Assembly (NCBI GenBank): GCA_964016885.1
Contig: OZ024741.1
Span: 409,696,001-409,760,000, forward strand
Length of the DNA: 64,000 nt
DNA from: Eledone cirrhosa
Taxonomy: Eukaryota
Reading direction: 5' to 3'
Part shown: in pieces, positions 11,501 through 23,189 of the stretch
Layout: every line of letters starts with the position of its first letter
Numbering within the stretch: the first letter of the stretch is position 1
The notes under the pieces: generated by a model
Told to the model about the DNA's origin: nothing
The model's input: the letters and a program-made list of their open reading frames with translations, nothing else
Databases searched by the model: none
Translations under genes and position numbers: made by a program

Positions 11501-14500
11501 ATGTCCACTTTACAGTGTGGACTGAGGACCTTTGTCATGTCACCGACACGACCACTTTACAGTGTGGACTGAGGACATTTGACATGTCACCGACACGACC
11601 ACTTTACAGTGTGGACGGAGGACCTTTGTCATGTCACCATGTCCACTTTACAGTGTGGACTGAGGACCTTTGTCATGTCACCATGACCACTTTACAGTGT
11701 GGACTGAGGACCTTTGTCATGTCACCGACATGACCACTTTACAGTGTGGACTGAGGACCTTTGTCATGTCACCATGCCCACTTTACAGTGTGGACGGAGG
11801 ACCTTTGTCATGTCACCATGTCCACTTTACAGTGTGGACTGAGGACCTTTGTCATGTCACCGACACGACCACTTTACAGTGTGGACTGAGGACCTTTGGC
11901 ATGTCACCGACACGACCACTTTACAGTGTGGACTGAGGACCTTTGTCGTGTCACTGACATGACCACTTTACAGTGTGGACTGAGGACCTTTGTCATGTCA
12001 CCATGTCCACTTTACAGTGTGGACGGAGGACCTTTGTCATGTCACCATGTCCACTTTACAGTGTGGACTGATGACCTTTGTCATGTCACCAACATGACCA
12101 CTTTACAGTGTGGACTGAGGACCTTTGTCATGTCACCAACATGACCACTTTACAGTGTGGACTGAGGACCTTTGTCATGTCACCTGCATGACCACTTTAC
12201 AGTGTGGACTGAGGACCTTTGTCATGTCACCAACATGACCACTTTACAGTGGGGCCTGGACACCTTTGTCATGCCACCAACATGACCACTTTATAGTGGA
12301 GCCTGGACACCTTTGTCATGTCACCGACACGACCATTTTACAGTGGGGCCTGGACACCTTTGTCATGACCACTATACAGTGGAGCCTGGGCACCTTTGTC
12401 ATGTCACCGACATGACCACTTTACAGTGGAGCCTGGACACCTTTGTCATGTCACCAACATGACCACTTTACAGTGGAGCCTGGACACCTTTGTCATGTCA
12501 CCAACATGACCACTTTACAGTGGGGCCTGGACACCTTTGTCATGACACCAACATGACCACTTTACAGTGGGACCTGGACACCTTTGTCATGTCACCGACA
12601 TGACCACTTTACAGTGGAGCCTGGACACCTTTGTCATGTCACCAACATGACCACTTTACAGTGGGGCCTGGACACCTTTGTCATGTCACCAACATGACCA
12701 CTTTACAGTGGAGCCTGGACACCTTTGTCATGTCACCAACATGACCACTTTACAGTGGAGCCTGGACACCTTTGTCATGCCACCAACATGACCACTTTAC
12801 AGTGGAGCCTGGACACCTTTGTCATGTCACCAACATGACCACTTTACAGTGGGGCCTGGACACCTTTGTCATGCCACCAACATGACCACTTTACAGTGGA
12901 GCCTGGACACCTTTGTCATGTCACCAACATGACCACTTTACAGTGGAGCCTGGACACCTTTGTCATGTCACCAACATGACCACTTTACAGTGGAGCCTGG
13001 ACACCTTTGTCATGTCACCAACATGACCACTTTACAGGTGGGCCTGGACACCTTTGTCATGACCACTATACAGTGGAGCCTGGGCACCTTTGTCATGTCA
13101 CCGACATGACCACTTTACAGTGGAGCCTGGACACCTTTGTCATGTCACCAACATGACCACTTTACAGTGGAGCCTGGACACCTTTGTCATGACACCAACA
13201 TGACCACTTTACAGTGGAGCCTGGACACCTTTGTCATATCACCGACATGACGACTTTACAGTGGAGCCTGGACACCTTTGTCATGTCACCAACATGACCA
13301 CTTTACAGTGGGGCCTGGACACTTTTGTCATGACACCAACATGACCACTTTACAGTGGGGCCTGGACACCTTTGTCATGTCACCAACATGAGCACTTTAC
13401 AGTGGGGCCTGGACACCTTTGTCATGTCACCAACATGACCACTTTACAGTGGGGCCTGGACACTTTTGTCATGACACCAACATGACCACTTTACAGTGGG
13501 GCCTGGACACCTTTGTCATGTCACCAACATGACCACTTTACAGTGGGGCCTGGACACCTTTGTCATGTCACCGACATGACCACTTTACAGTGGAGCCTGG
13601 ACACCTTTGTCATGTCACCAACATGACCACTTTACAGTGGAGCCTGGACACCTTTGTCATGTCACCAACATGACCACTTTACAGTGGGGCCTGGACACCT
13701 TTGTCATGACCACTATACAGTGGAGCCTGGGCACCTTTGTCATGTCACCGACATGACCACTTTACAGTGGAGCCTGGACACCTTTGTCATGTCACCAACA
13801 TGACCACTTTACAGTGGAGCCTGGACACCTTTGTCATGTCACCAACATGACCACTTTACAGTGGGGCCTGGACACCTTTGTCATGTCACCAACATGACCA
13901 CTTTACAGTGGGGCCTGGACACCTTTGTCATGTCACCGACATGACCACTTTATAGTGGAGCCTGGTCACCTTTGTCATGTCACCGACATGACCACTTTAC
14001 AGTGGAGCCTGGACACCTTTGTCATGTCACCAACATGACCACTTTACAGTGGGGCCTGGACACCTTTGTCATGACACCGACATGACCACTTTACAGTGGG
14101 GCCTGGACACCTTTGTCATGACCACTTTACAGTGGGGCCTGGATACCTTTGTCATGACACCGACATGACCACTTTACAGTGGGGCCTGGACACCTTTGTC
14201 ATGACACCGACATGACCACTTTACAGTGGAGCCTGGACACCTTTGTCATGTCACCGACATGACCACTTTACAGTGGGGCCTGGACACCTTTGTCATGACA
14301 CCGACATGACCACTTTACAGTGGGGCCTGGACACCTTTCTCATGACACCAACATGACCACTTTACAGTGGAGCCTGGACACCTTTGTCATGTCACCAACA
14401 TGACCACTTTACAGTGGGGCCTGGACACCTTTGTCATGTCACCGACATGACCACTTTACAGTGGAGCCTGGATACCTTCGTCATGTCACCGACATGACCA

Positions 14501-17430
14501 CTTTACAGTGGGGCCTGGACACCTTTGTCATGACCACTATACAGTGGAGCCTGGGCACCTTTGTCATGTCACCAACATGACCACTTTACAGTGGGGCCTG
14601 GACACCTTTGTCATGTCCCCGACATGACCACTTTACAGTGGAGCCTGGACACCTTTGTCATGTCACCGACATGACCACTTTACAGTTGGGACTGGACGCC
14701 TTTGTCATGTCACCAACATGACCACTTTACAGTGGGGCCTGGACACCTTTGTCATGACACCGACATGACCACTTTACAGTGGGGACTGGACACCTTTGTC
14801 ATGTCACGGACATGACCACTTTACAGTGGGGCCTGGACACCTTTGTCATGTCACCGACATGACCACTTTACAGTGGAGCCTGGACACCTTTGTCATGACA
14901 CCAACATGACCACTATACAGTGGAGCCTGGGCACCTTTGTCATGTCACCAACATGACCACTTTACAGTGGGGCCTGGACACCTTTGTCATGTCACCGACA
15001 TGACCACTTTACAGTGGAGCCTGGACACCTTTGTCATGTCACCAACATGACCACTTTACAGTGGGGCCTGGACACCTTTGTCATGACACCGACATGACCA
15101 CTTTACAGTGGGGACTGGACACCTTTGTCATGTCACCGACATGACCACTTTACAGTGGGGCCTGGACACCTTTGTCATGACCACTATACAGTGGGGCCTG
15201 GATACCTTTGTCATGACACCGACATGACCACTTTACAGTGGGGCCTGGACACCTTTGTCATGACACCGACATGACCACTTTACAGTGGGGCCTGGACACC
15301 TTTGTCATGACCACTATACAGTGGGGCCTGGATACCTTTGTCATGACACCGACATGACCACTTTACAGTGGGGCCTGGACACCTTTGTCATGACACCGAC
15401 ATGACCACTTTACAGTGGGGCCTGGACACCTTTGTCATGACACCGACATGACCACTTTACAGTGGGGCCTGGACACCTTTGTCATGTCACCAACATGACC
15501 ACTTTACAGTGGGGCCTGGACACCTTTGTCATGACACCGACATGACCACTTTACAGTGGGGCCTGGACACCTTTGTCATGACACCAACATGACCACTTTA
15601 CAGTGGGGCCTGGACACCTTTGTCATGACACCAACATGACCACTATACAGTGGAGCCTGGACACCTTTGTCATGACACCGACATGACCACTTTACAGTGG
15701 GGACTGGACACCTTTGTCATGTCACCAACATGACCACTTTACAGTGGAGCCTGGACACCTTTGTCATGTCACCAACATGACCACTTTAGAGTGGAGCCTG
15801 GACACCTTTGTCATGACCACTATACAGTGGGGCCTGGACACCTTTGTCATGACCACTATACAGTGGAGCCTGGGCACCTTTGTCATGTCGCCGACATGAC
15901 GACTTTACAGTGGAGCCTGGACACCTTTGTCATGTCACCAACATGACCACTTTACAGTGGAGCCTGGACACCTTTGTCATGACCACTATACAGTGGAGCC
16001 TGGGCACCTTTGTCATGTCACCGACATGACGACTTTACAGTGGAGCCTGGACACCTTTGTCATGTCACCAACATGACCACTTTACAGTGGAGCCTGGACA
16101 CCTTTGTCATGTCACCAACATGACCACTTTACAGTGGGGCCTGGACACCTTTGTCATGACCACTATACAGTGGAGCCTGGGCACCTTTGTCATGTCACCG
16201 ACATGACGACTTTACAGTGGAGCCTGGACACCTTTGTCATGTCACCGACATGACCACTTTACAGTGGGGCCTGGACACCTTTGTCATGTCACCGACATGA
16301 CCACTTTACAGTGGAGCCTGGACACCTTTGTCATGTCACCGACATGACCACTTTACAGTGGGGCCTGGACACCTTTGTCATATCACCGACATGACGACTT
16401 TACAGTGGAGCCTGGACACCTTTGTCATGTCACCGACATGACCACTTTACAGTGGAGCCTGGACACCTTTGTCATGTCACCGACATGACCACTTTACAGT
16501 GGAGCCTGGACACCTTTGTCATGTCACCAACATGACCACTTTACAGTGGAGCCTGGACACCTTTGTCATGACACCAACATGACCACTTTACAGTGGGGCC
16601 TGGACACCTTTGTCATGACACCAACATGACCACTTTACAGTGGAGCCTGGACACCTTTGTCATGTCACCGACATGACCACTTTACAGTGGAGCCTGGACA
16701 CCTTTGTCATGACACCAACATGACCACTTTACAGTGGAGCCTGGACACTTTTGTCATGACACCAACATGACCACTTTATAGTGGAGCCTGGACACTTTTG
16801 TCATGTCACCAACATGACCACTTTACAGTGGGGCCTGGACACCTTTGTCATGACACCAACATGACCACTTTACAGTGGGGCCTGAACACCTTTGTCATGT
16901 CACCGACATGACCACTTTACAGTGGAGCCTGGACACCTTTGTCATGTCACCGACATGACCACTTTACAGTGGAGCCTGGACACCTTTGTCATGACACCAA
17001 CATGACCACTTTACAGTGGAGCCTGGACACCTTTGTCATGTCACCGACATGACCACTTTATAGTGGAGCCTGGACACTTTTGTCATGTCACCAACATGAC
17101 CACTTTACAGTGGGGGCTGGACACCTTTGTCATGTCACCAACATGACCACTTTACAGTGGAGCCTGGACACCTTTGTCATGTCACCGACACAACCATTTT
17201 ACAGTGTGGACTGGGCACTATTGTCTTGGGACTAGGGAGGGGGAGGAATCTTGGGGTAAATGTGAACAGAGTAGTAAAGGAGGTATGGTTACAGGTAAGG
17301 GAGGGGAATGAGAGGGGATAGAAGGTTGAGGAAGGTGTTGCCTACTAGGTATAAGCCTCATCCTGAGAATAATAGAGGGCGGGTCTTCTGTAAAACTGCA
17401 TAGCGCCAGAGGTGGTGGTCCTGTGTCAGC
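8597..17430 (-). mobile_element. 5'-truncated RTE LINE whose 3' UTR hosts the satellite array
   Basis: 8597-8775 matches the RTE tail/3' UTR (gtttaacatcc..tttctacagctgg..cccttcc); 17215-17430 matches the ORF-end/UTR of the copy at 5230-5430 (gaaggtgttgc.tactag...gggcgggtcttctgt..actgcatag). Confidence 0.75.
8775..17215. repeat. 47-bp tandem satellite array, ~8.4 kb (~180 units), two monomer subfamilies
   Basis: type A ccactttacagtgtggactgaggacctttgtcatgtcacctacatga; type B ccactttacagtggrgcctggacacctttgtcatgtcaccaacatga; recurrent shorter deletion variants. Confidence 0.97.
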
Positions 17431-17464
17431 AACATTAAGTTGGTCTTTGAAACATAACAAAAAT

Positions 17465-17677
17465 GGTTTCTGATTTAGGCACAAGGCCAGCAATTTTGGA
17501 GGGAAGTTGATTAAGTCGACCCCAGTGTGCTACTGGTACTTTATTTTATAGACTCCAGAAGGATGAAAGGTAAAGGTAACCTTGGTGGGTTTTGAAGAAA
17601 GAAAGTAAAGGGCCATATCTCTATGCCACAAAGAATGGTGTCTGATGCTCTACCGATTATTGCTAATCTACCGCCAT
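17465..17677 (-). mobile_element. tRNA-derived SINE (family A), diverged
   Basis: ggcacaaggccagcaatt...ctggtactttatttt...ggatgaaagg...ctctaccgat. Confidence 0.75.
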
Positions 17678-17929
17678 TGGAACATAACAAATGGAAGATG
17701 TTTAGATAAATATAAATACTTTAAAATAAACAGTTTTGTGATAGAAACAAGGGAGGTTTCAGGTGTGTTGCTATGGAAACGTTGAAGATGTGTTGATGTA
17801 ATTAAACACAACACAAAATATAACAATATTAATTAGATCATTTATTAATGAACAGAATATTATAATTGATATTTTGAATCATAATTAGCAACATATCGTG
17901 ATTAACATTAATGTAAGAATATACTATAA

Positions 17930-18040
17930 ACACCACCATTATCATCACCACCACTATCATCATCACCATTATCATCATCATCACCATTATCATCATTGTC
18001 ACCATCACCACCATCATCATCATCATCATCATCATCATCT
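17930..18040. repeat. (CAY)n trinucleotide microsatellite
   Basis: cat/cac/tat repeats. Confidence 0.85.
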
Positions 18041-20121
18041 GGTTTAATGTCTTCTTTACTTGTCATAAACATTGGATATTTTGATAGCCTCTTTCAAAGC
18101 ATCTCTCCAGATTGCTCCAGGGAAAGGTTTTGGTTCCAGATCCTCGCCGGTTACCTCTTCCCAGATCTTATGTGACTACTCCCTTCTCCTTCCTCATCTA
18201 CCAGGGGCCACAATCTTGGTACGCCGATGTATCATACAAAATATATTTTCAGTATTAAATAAGGAATTTACTCAGATTTTAAACAATCATTGCCACTAAA
18301 AATATTTTGTCTTATTCACTGGATTCATTGCATATACTCGGGTTAGGGTAAGGTTTATTTAGAGCCAGGGGTAAGGTTCTCTCACCAGCTCATTTGTGGA
18401 TGTGTATGCCATCATCATCATCATATTCATTACTGTTTAACATCTATTTCTCCATGCTTGTGAGTATTAGATGTCATGTTATAAGGCTAGACAACACTAC
18501 CAGTTTACAGAGTGGACTGGGCGTTGTCTTTGCCAACTTCACTTTAAGGGCTTTTCATTCCAAATTTCTCTTTCAAGTCTGGAATTTCATCTCTAATCCT
18601 GCTACAGATTTGGATACGAGGACTAGATCAATGGCGGAGTTTCCATACACAACCAGTTTTAAACTCCTGTGTTGTAGCCTGAGAACAATAATTATCTAGA
18701 GCATGTGAAATAAATCCAGTGAATAAGACAAAATATTTTCACCTTCTTTAAACACAATCTATTAGCAATGATCCATTTTTATTATAAAAACAAATCTCAT
18801 TTTTATTATAAAAACAAATCTCATTTTTTAGGTTTGGTGAGCCTTTTAGAGAAGTTATGCCGTCCTTAGGGATATTTCCTCACGTGGTTGGGGCATGTTT
18901 TAACAGAGTCAATAGAGAATTGGATTAATATTTTGGCCCTCTCCACTCTTAAGTTTAAATCTTACGCAGGTCAATTTGTAACTTTCATTTCTCTGGGGTT
19001 GATAAATAAAGTATCAGTCAAGTACTGGGGTCAATTTATCTCTCTCTCTCTCTCACTGGAAAAAATTGACAGCAGTCAAACTTGGAGAAGGACAAGTACT
19101 GCCATGTTTAAAATATCAAAGATATGAATGGAGAATGTGTTACCTGTGATGATGGTGAGAGGTGTGTTGACAGAGACAATCCAAATCAACTCACAGCACT
19201 TGTTTTTGTGGATGGTCATTTTGTGGAGAAAGGGAATATAAATGTTTAAAATCATTTTTAAAGAAGTCAGTTTAGAGTCTTTGATGACACTGTCTTAATA
19301 ACAAGATTAAAATAATACATATATTGTTACGATGACCACCAGATGGTTGTTTAGTGCCTTTGATGACAGTCTTAATGGTAGGCAATACCAGTAAACTGAG
19401 AGATCAAAGTAATACATATATTGTCACCTTGACCACCAGATGAAAATGTTACCTTTTTTTAAATAAAAAAAAAATAAGAACCACAAACAAACAAAATTAT
19501 ATATCCTGTATACCACATTAGGTTATATATATACCACATTAGGTATATATATATATACCACATTAGGTATATATATATACATTAGGTATATATATATATA
19601 TACCACATTAGGTATATATATATATATACCACATTAGGTATATATATATATACCACATTAGGTATATATATATATACCACATTAGGTATATATATATATA
19701 CCACATTAGGTATATATATATATACCACATTAGGTATATATATATATACCACATTAGGTATATATATATACCACATTAGGTATATATATACCACATTAGG
19801 TATATATATATATACCACATTAGGTATATATATACCACATTAGGTATATATATATATACCACATTAGGTATATATATATATACCACATTAGGTATATATA
19901 TACCACATTAGGTATATATATACCACATTAGGTATATATATACCACATTAGGTATATATATATATACCACATCAGGTATATATATATATATACCACATTA
20001 GGTATATATATATATACCACATCAGGTATATATATATATACCACATTAGGTATATATATATATACCACATTAGGTATATATATACCACATTAGGTATATA
20101 TATATATATAGAGAGAGAGAG

Positions 20122-20557
20122 ATTTTGAGTATATGTTGGTTGTATACCAACACCTCAGTATGCAGGCTGGAGCACTCGACGAAGTGCACAGGTTGGTTTG
20201 GTTACTCCGGAGTAGTGTAAAATAAAGTTAAATAAAAGTCAAATGATTAAAATTTAGCTTCGTTTATTACTGCTATATATATTTCAGTGACAGCCATCTT
20301 TGGCTGTGACCTCTTCAGGCAGTTTGAATTAGTATGGTATAGACAAGTACATATGTTGTTTAGGTGTATAACCCAACAAGGAACTGGGCATATCAGAGTA
20401 TTGACAATATTATACACCTAAACAACATATGTACTTGTCTATACCATACTAATTCAAACTGCCTGAAGAGGTCACAGCCAAAGATGGCTGTCACTGAAAT
20501 ATATATAGCAGTAATAAACGAAGCTAAATTTTAATCATTTGACTTTTATTTAACTTT
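20122..20557. mobile_element. non-coding Penelope-like pLTR-derived inverted-repeat element
   Basis: 148-bp arms 20224-20371 and 20410-20557 with 38-bp spacer; each arm has a hammerhead motif. Confidence 0.75.
20458..20512 (+). ncRNA. minimal type I hammerhead ribozyme (mirror copy at 20269-20323, minus)
   Basis: ACUGC-CUGAAGA-[GGU.ACAGCC/GGCUGU.ACU]-GAAA-UAUAUAUA-GCAGU: stem I ACUGC/GCAGU, palindromic stem III. Confidence 0.7.
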
Positions 20558-21539
20558 GTTATATATATATATATATATATATACCACATTAGGTATATAT
20601 ATATATATATATATACACCACATTAGGTATATATATATACCTAATATATATATATACCACATTAGGTATATATATTTATACCAGATTAGGTGTATATATA
20701 TATATATACCACATTAGGTATATATATATATATATATATACACCACATTAGGTATATATATATATATATATACCACATTAGGTATATATATATATATATA
20801 TACCACATTAGGTATATATATATACCACATTAGGTATATATATATATATATACCACATTAGGTATATATATACCACATTAGGTATATATATACCACATTA
20901 GGTATATATATATATATACCACATTAGGTATATATATACACCACATTAGGTATATATATACCACATTAGGTATATATATATATATATATATATACTAGAT
21001 TAGGTATATATATATATATACCTAATATATATATATATACCACATTAAACATATATATACCACATTAGACATATATACTACATTAGGTATACCACATGTT
21101 CCCCATTCTTGGTCTATAACAGAGAAGAGAAGAAATGATTCAAACATGAGATTCTTCAAGCAATATCTCTGGGAGATATTAAGTGTAGCAAAAGTAAGGC
21201 CCTCTTTCATTATTTTTTTATTGAAAAATTGTTTATTAAAACTACTGCAATTTATTTTTGTTCAATAAAAAATGTTTAAATGGCGTTACTTTTGCTGCTC
21301 CCTGAATAAAAAAAACAGACTTCCCACAAGAAATTTAATTAATTTTAAGGATTGTAAAATAATTGTTAAATATATAAATAAATTGACTCCCCCACCACTA
21401 ACCCACAACCCTAAACATTTTAATCCACAGAGATTAGTAATTTAAGTTACATGTACAATGGTATGGGTTTGTTTTAATGATAGCAGGATGGATCTGATAA
21501 AAGCCCACATCTGGGGTCAGCTGGATTGTCCAGGGTTGA

Positions 21540-22035
21540 TGGGAAGAGATCAGATGGTCTTACTCTTTGACCCCTGGGTAAGAGGTTGATGTCTCATTTG
21601 GGAGAGTACAGTCAGTGACTCCTTTACTCCCTCCCACATCCTGGATGCTGCAGTAAATGTGAGGGTCACTGTATCTGTAGCTGGACAGAATAAAATTCTA
21701 AAATACCAGCAATTATTGACAAACTATTTTGTTTTTCAGTCTGTGGCATCCAAGACATTTGGAGAAGCAGGGCTGCTGACAATGGAGTTCTTGTCATCGA
21801 TGGCAGCTTACCAAGGTATCAGGTAATGCTCCTGGTGAGGGCGCTTGGTTGTTCCAGTGACTTAGACTCGCTATCACCCAGCCTTACTGAAGTGTCAGGT
21901 GGTGCCCCTTGGTGAGGGTACTTGGTTGTTCCAGTGACTTAGCCATGCTATCACTCGGCCTTACTGAAGTGTCAGGTAATGCTCCTGGTGAGGGCGCTTG
22001 GTTGTTCCAGTGACTTAGTCCCACTATCACCCACA
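21540..22035 (+). mobile_element. degenerate CRE-clade 3' fragment with ~77-bp tandem triplication of its end
   Basis: gatggtcttactctttgaccctgg..tcccacatcctggatgctgcag..aaaattctaaaatac, homologous to 1490-1830; three caggt..cctggtgaggg..cttggttgttccagtgacttag units. Confidence 0.7.
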
Positions 22036-22104
22036 GTAGTGTTGCAAATATGTTGGCTTGCCTCAAAAGTTATTAGAGGGAAGCTTCAGCAAACTTTGAG
22101 GTGT

Positions 22105-22572
22105 GAGGGGTCTTCTCACCCCCCCCCTGTTTTACTGAGTATGTGGGTCTTCTCTCACCCCCCTGTTTTACTGAGTATTTGGGTCTTCTCTCTCTCCCCC
22201 TTATTTTACTGAGTATGTGGGTCTTCTCTCACCCCCCTGTTTTACTGAGTATTTGGGTCTTCTCTCTCTCCCCCTTATTTTACTGAGTATTTGGGTCTTC
22301 TCTCTCTCCCCCTTATTTTATTGAGTATTTGGGTCTTCTCTCTCTCCCCCTTATTTTACTGAGTATTTGGGTCTTCTCTCTCTCCCCCTTATTTTACTGA
22401 GTATTTGGGTCTTCTCTCTCTCCCCCTTATTTTACTGAGTATGTGGGTCTTCTCTCACCCCCCTGTTTTACTGAGTATTTGGGTCTTCTCTCTCTCCCCC
22501 TTATTTTATTGAGTATTTGGGTCTTCTCTCTCTCCCCCTTATTTTATTGAGTATTTGGGTCTTCTCTCTTCC
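22105..22572. repeat. 36/38-bp minisatellite, ~12-13 units
   Basis: ttttactgagtat[tg]tgggtcttctctc..ccccc. Confidence 0.9.
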
Positions 22573-22592
22573 CACTTTTTTTTTGTTTAGTA

Positions 22593-22628
<36 letters not shown>

Positions 22629-22630
<2 letters not shown>

Positions 22631-22971
22631 AGGGAGTGTAACGTGAAGTTACTGTAGGTTCACCCAGGTGAGCACTCAATGTTTAGGTTCACGTCAGTGG
22701 TGAGGTGTAGAGCTAGACAGAGTGTAATATAATACAAGGATGATTTGTTAAGCCTTCATTATGTTTATTGATTGGTGGCGCGTTTCGTTATTGATCAGCT
22801 CGAGGTTCGATCTGTATCGATCTGGCCCAACTCTGGAATTAAAAACTTGTCGAGTTTTTGATTCCAGAGTTGGGCCAGATCGATACAGATCGAACCTCGA
22901 GCTGATCAATAACGAAACGCGCCACCAATCAATAAACGTAATGAAGGCTTAACAAATCATCCTTGTATTAT
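22629..22971. mobile_element. palindromic PLE-like non-autonomous element within (TA)n
   Basis: near-perfect ~120-bp-arm palindrome 22729-22971 containing cgaaacgcgcc (hammerhead 3'-half-like) and aataaa, plus a ~100-bp unpaired tail. Confidence 0.6.
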
Positions 22972-23147
22972 TATATATATAAATGAATATATATATATAT
23001 ATCAAGTAAGAATATTTTCGAAACAGCGAGCAAGTTTGACTAAAGAAATTATTTAGCCTGATAGTGGGGTTAAGAACCCTCGGAGAAATGGAAAAAGATG
23101 AGTATTTCTTTAATTTCTTTAGTCAAAAATATGGCGATAGCTTATAT

Positions 23148-23189
<42 letters not shown>

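Larger units (their letters stand above)
19510..21090. repeat. minisatellite (TA)n-CCACATTAGG, interrupted by an insertion at ~20110-20560
   Basis: dozens of taccacattagg cores separated by variable (TA)n. Confidence 0.95.

Noticed and set aside
8775-17215. CRISPR-like array (regular repeats with an internal hairpin)
   Set aside because: No unique spacers: units are contiguous near-identical 47-mers, there are no cas genes, and the context is eukaryotic
9551-17321. Short His/Cys-rich ORFs (MSCHQHDHFTV...)
   Set aside because: Products of the 47-bp satellite; the unit is not a multiple of three and stops are frequent
19510-21090. Interstitial telomeric repeat (TTAGG)
   Set aside because: TTAGG occurs once per unit within CCACATTAGG and never as tandem (TTAGG)n or (TTAGGG)n
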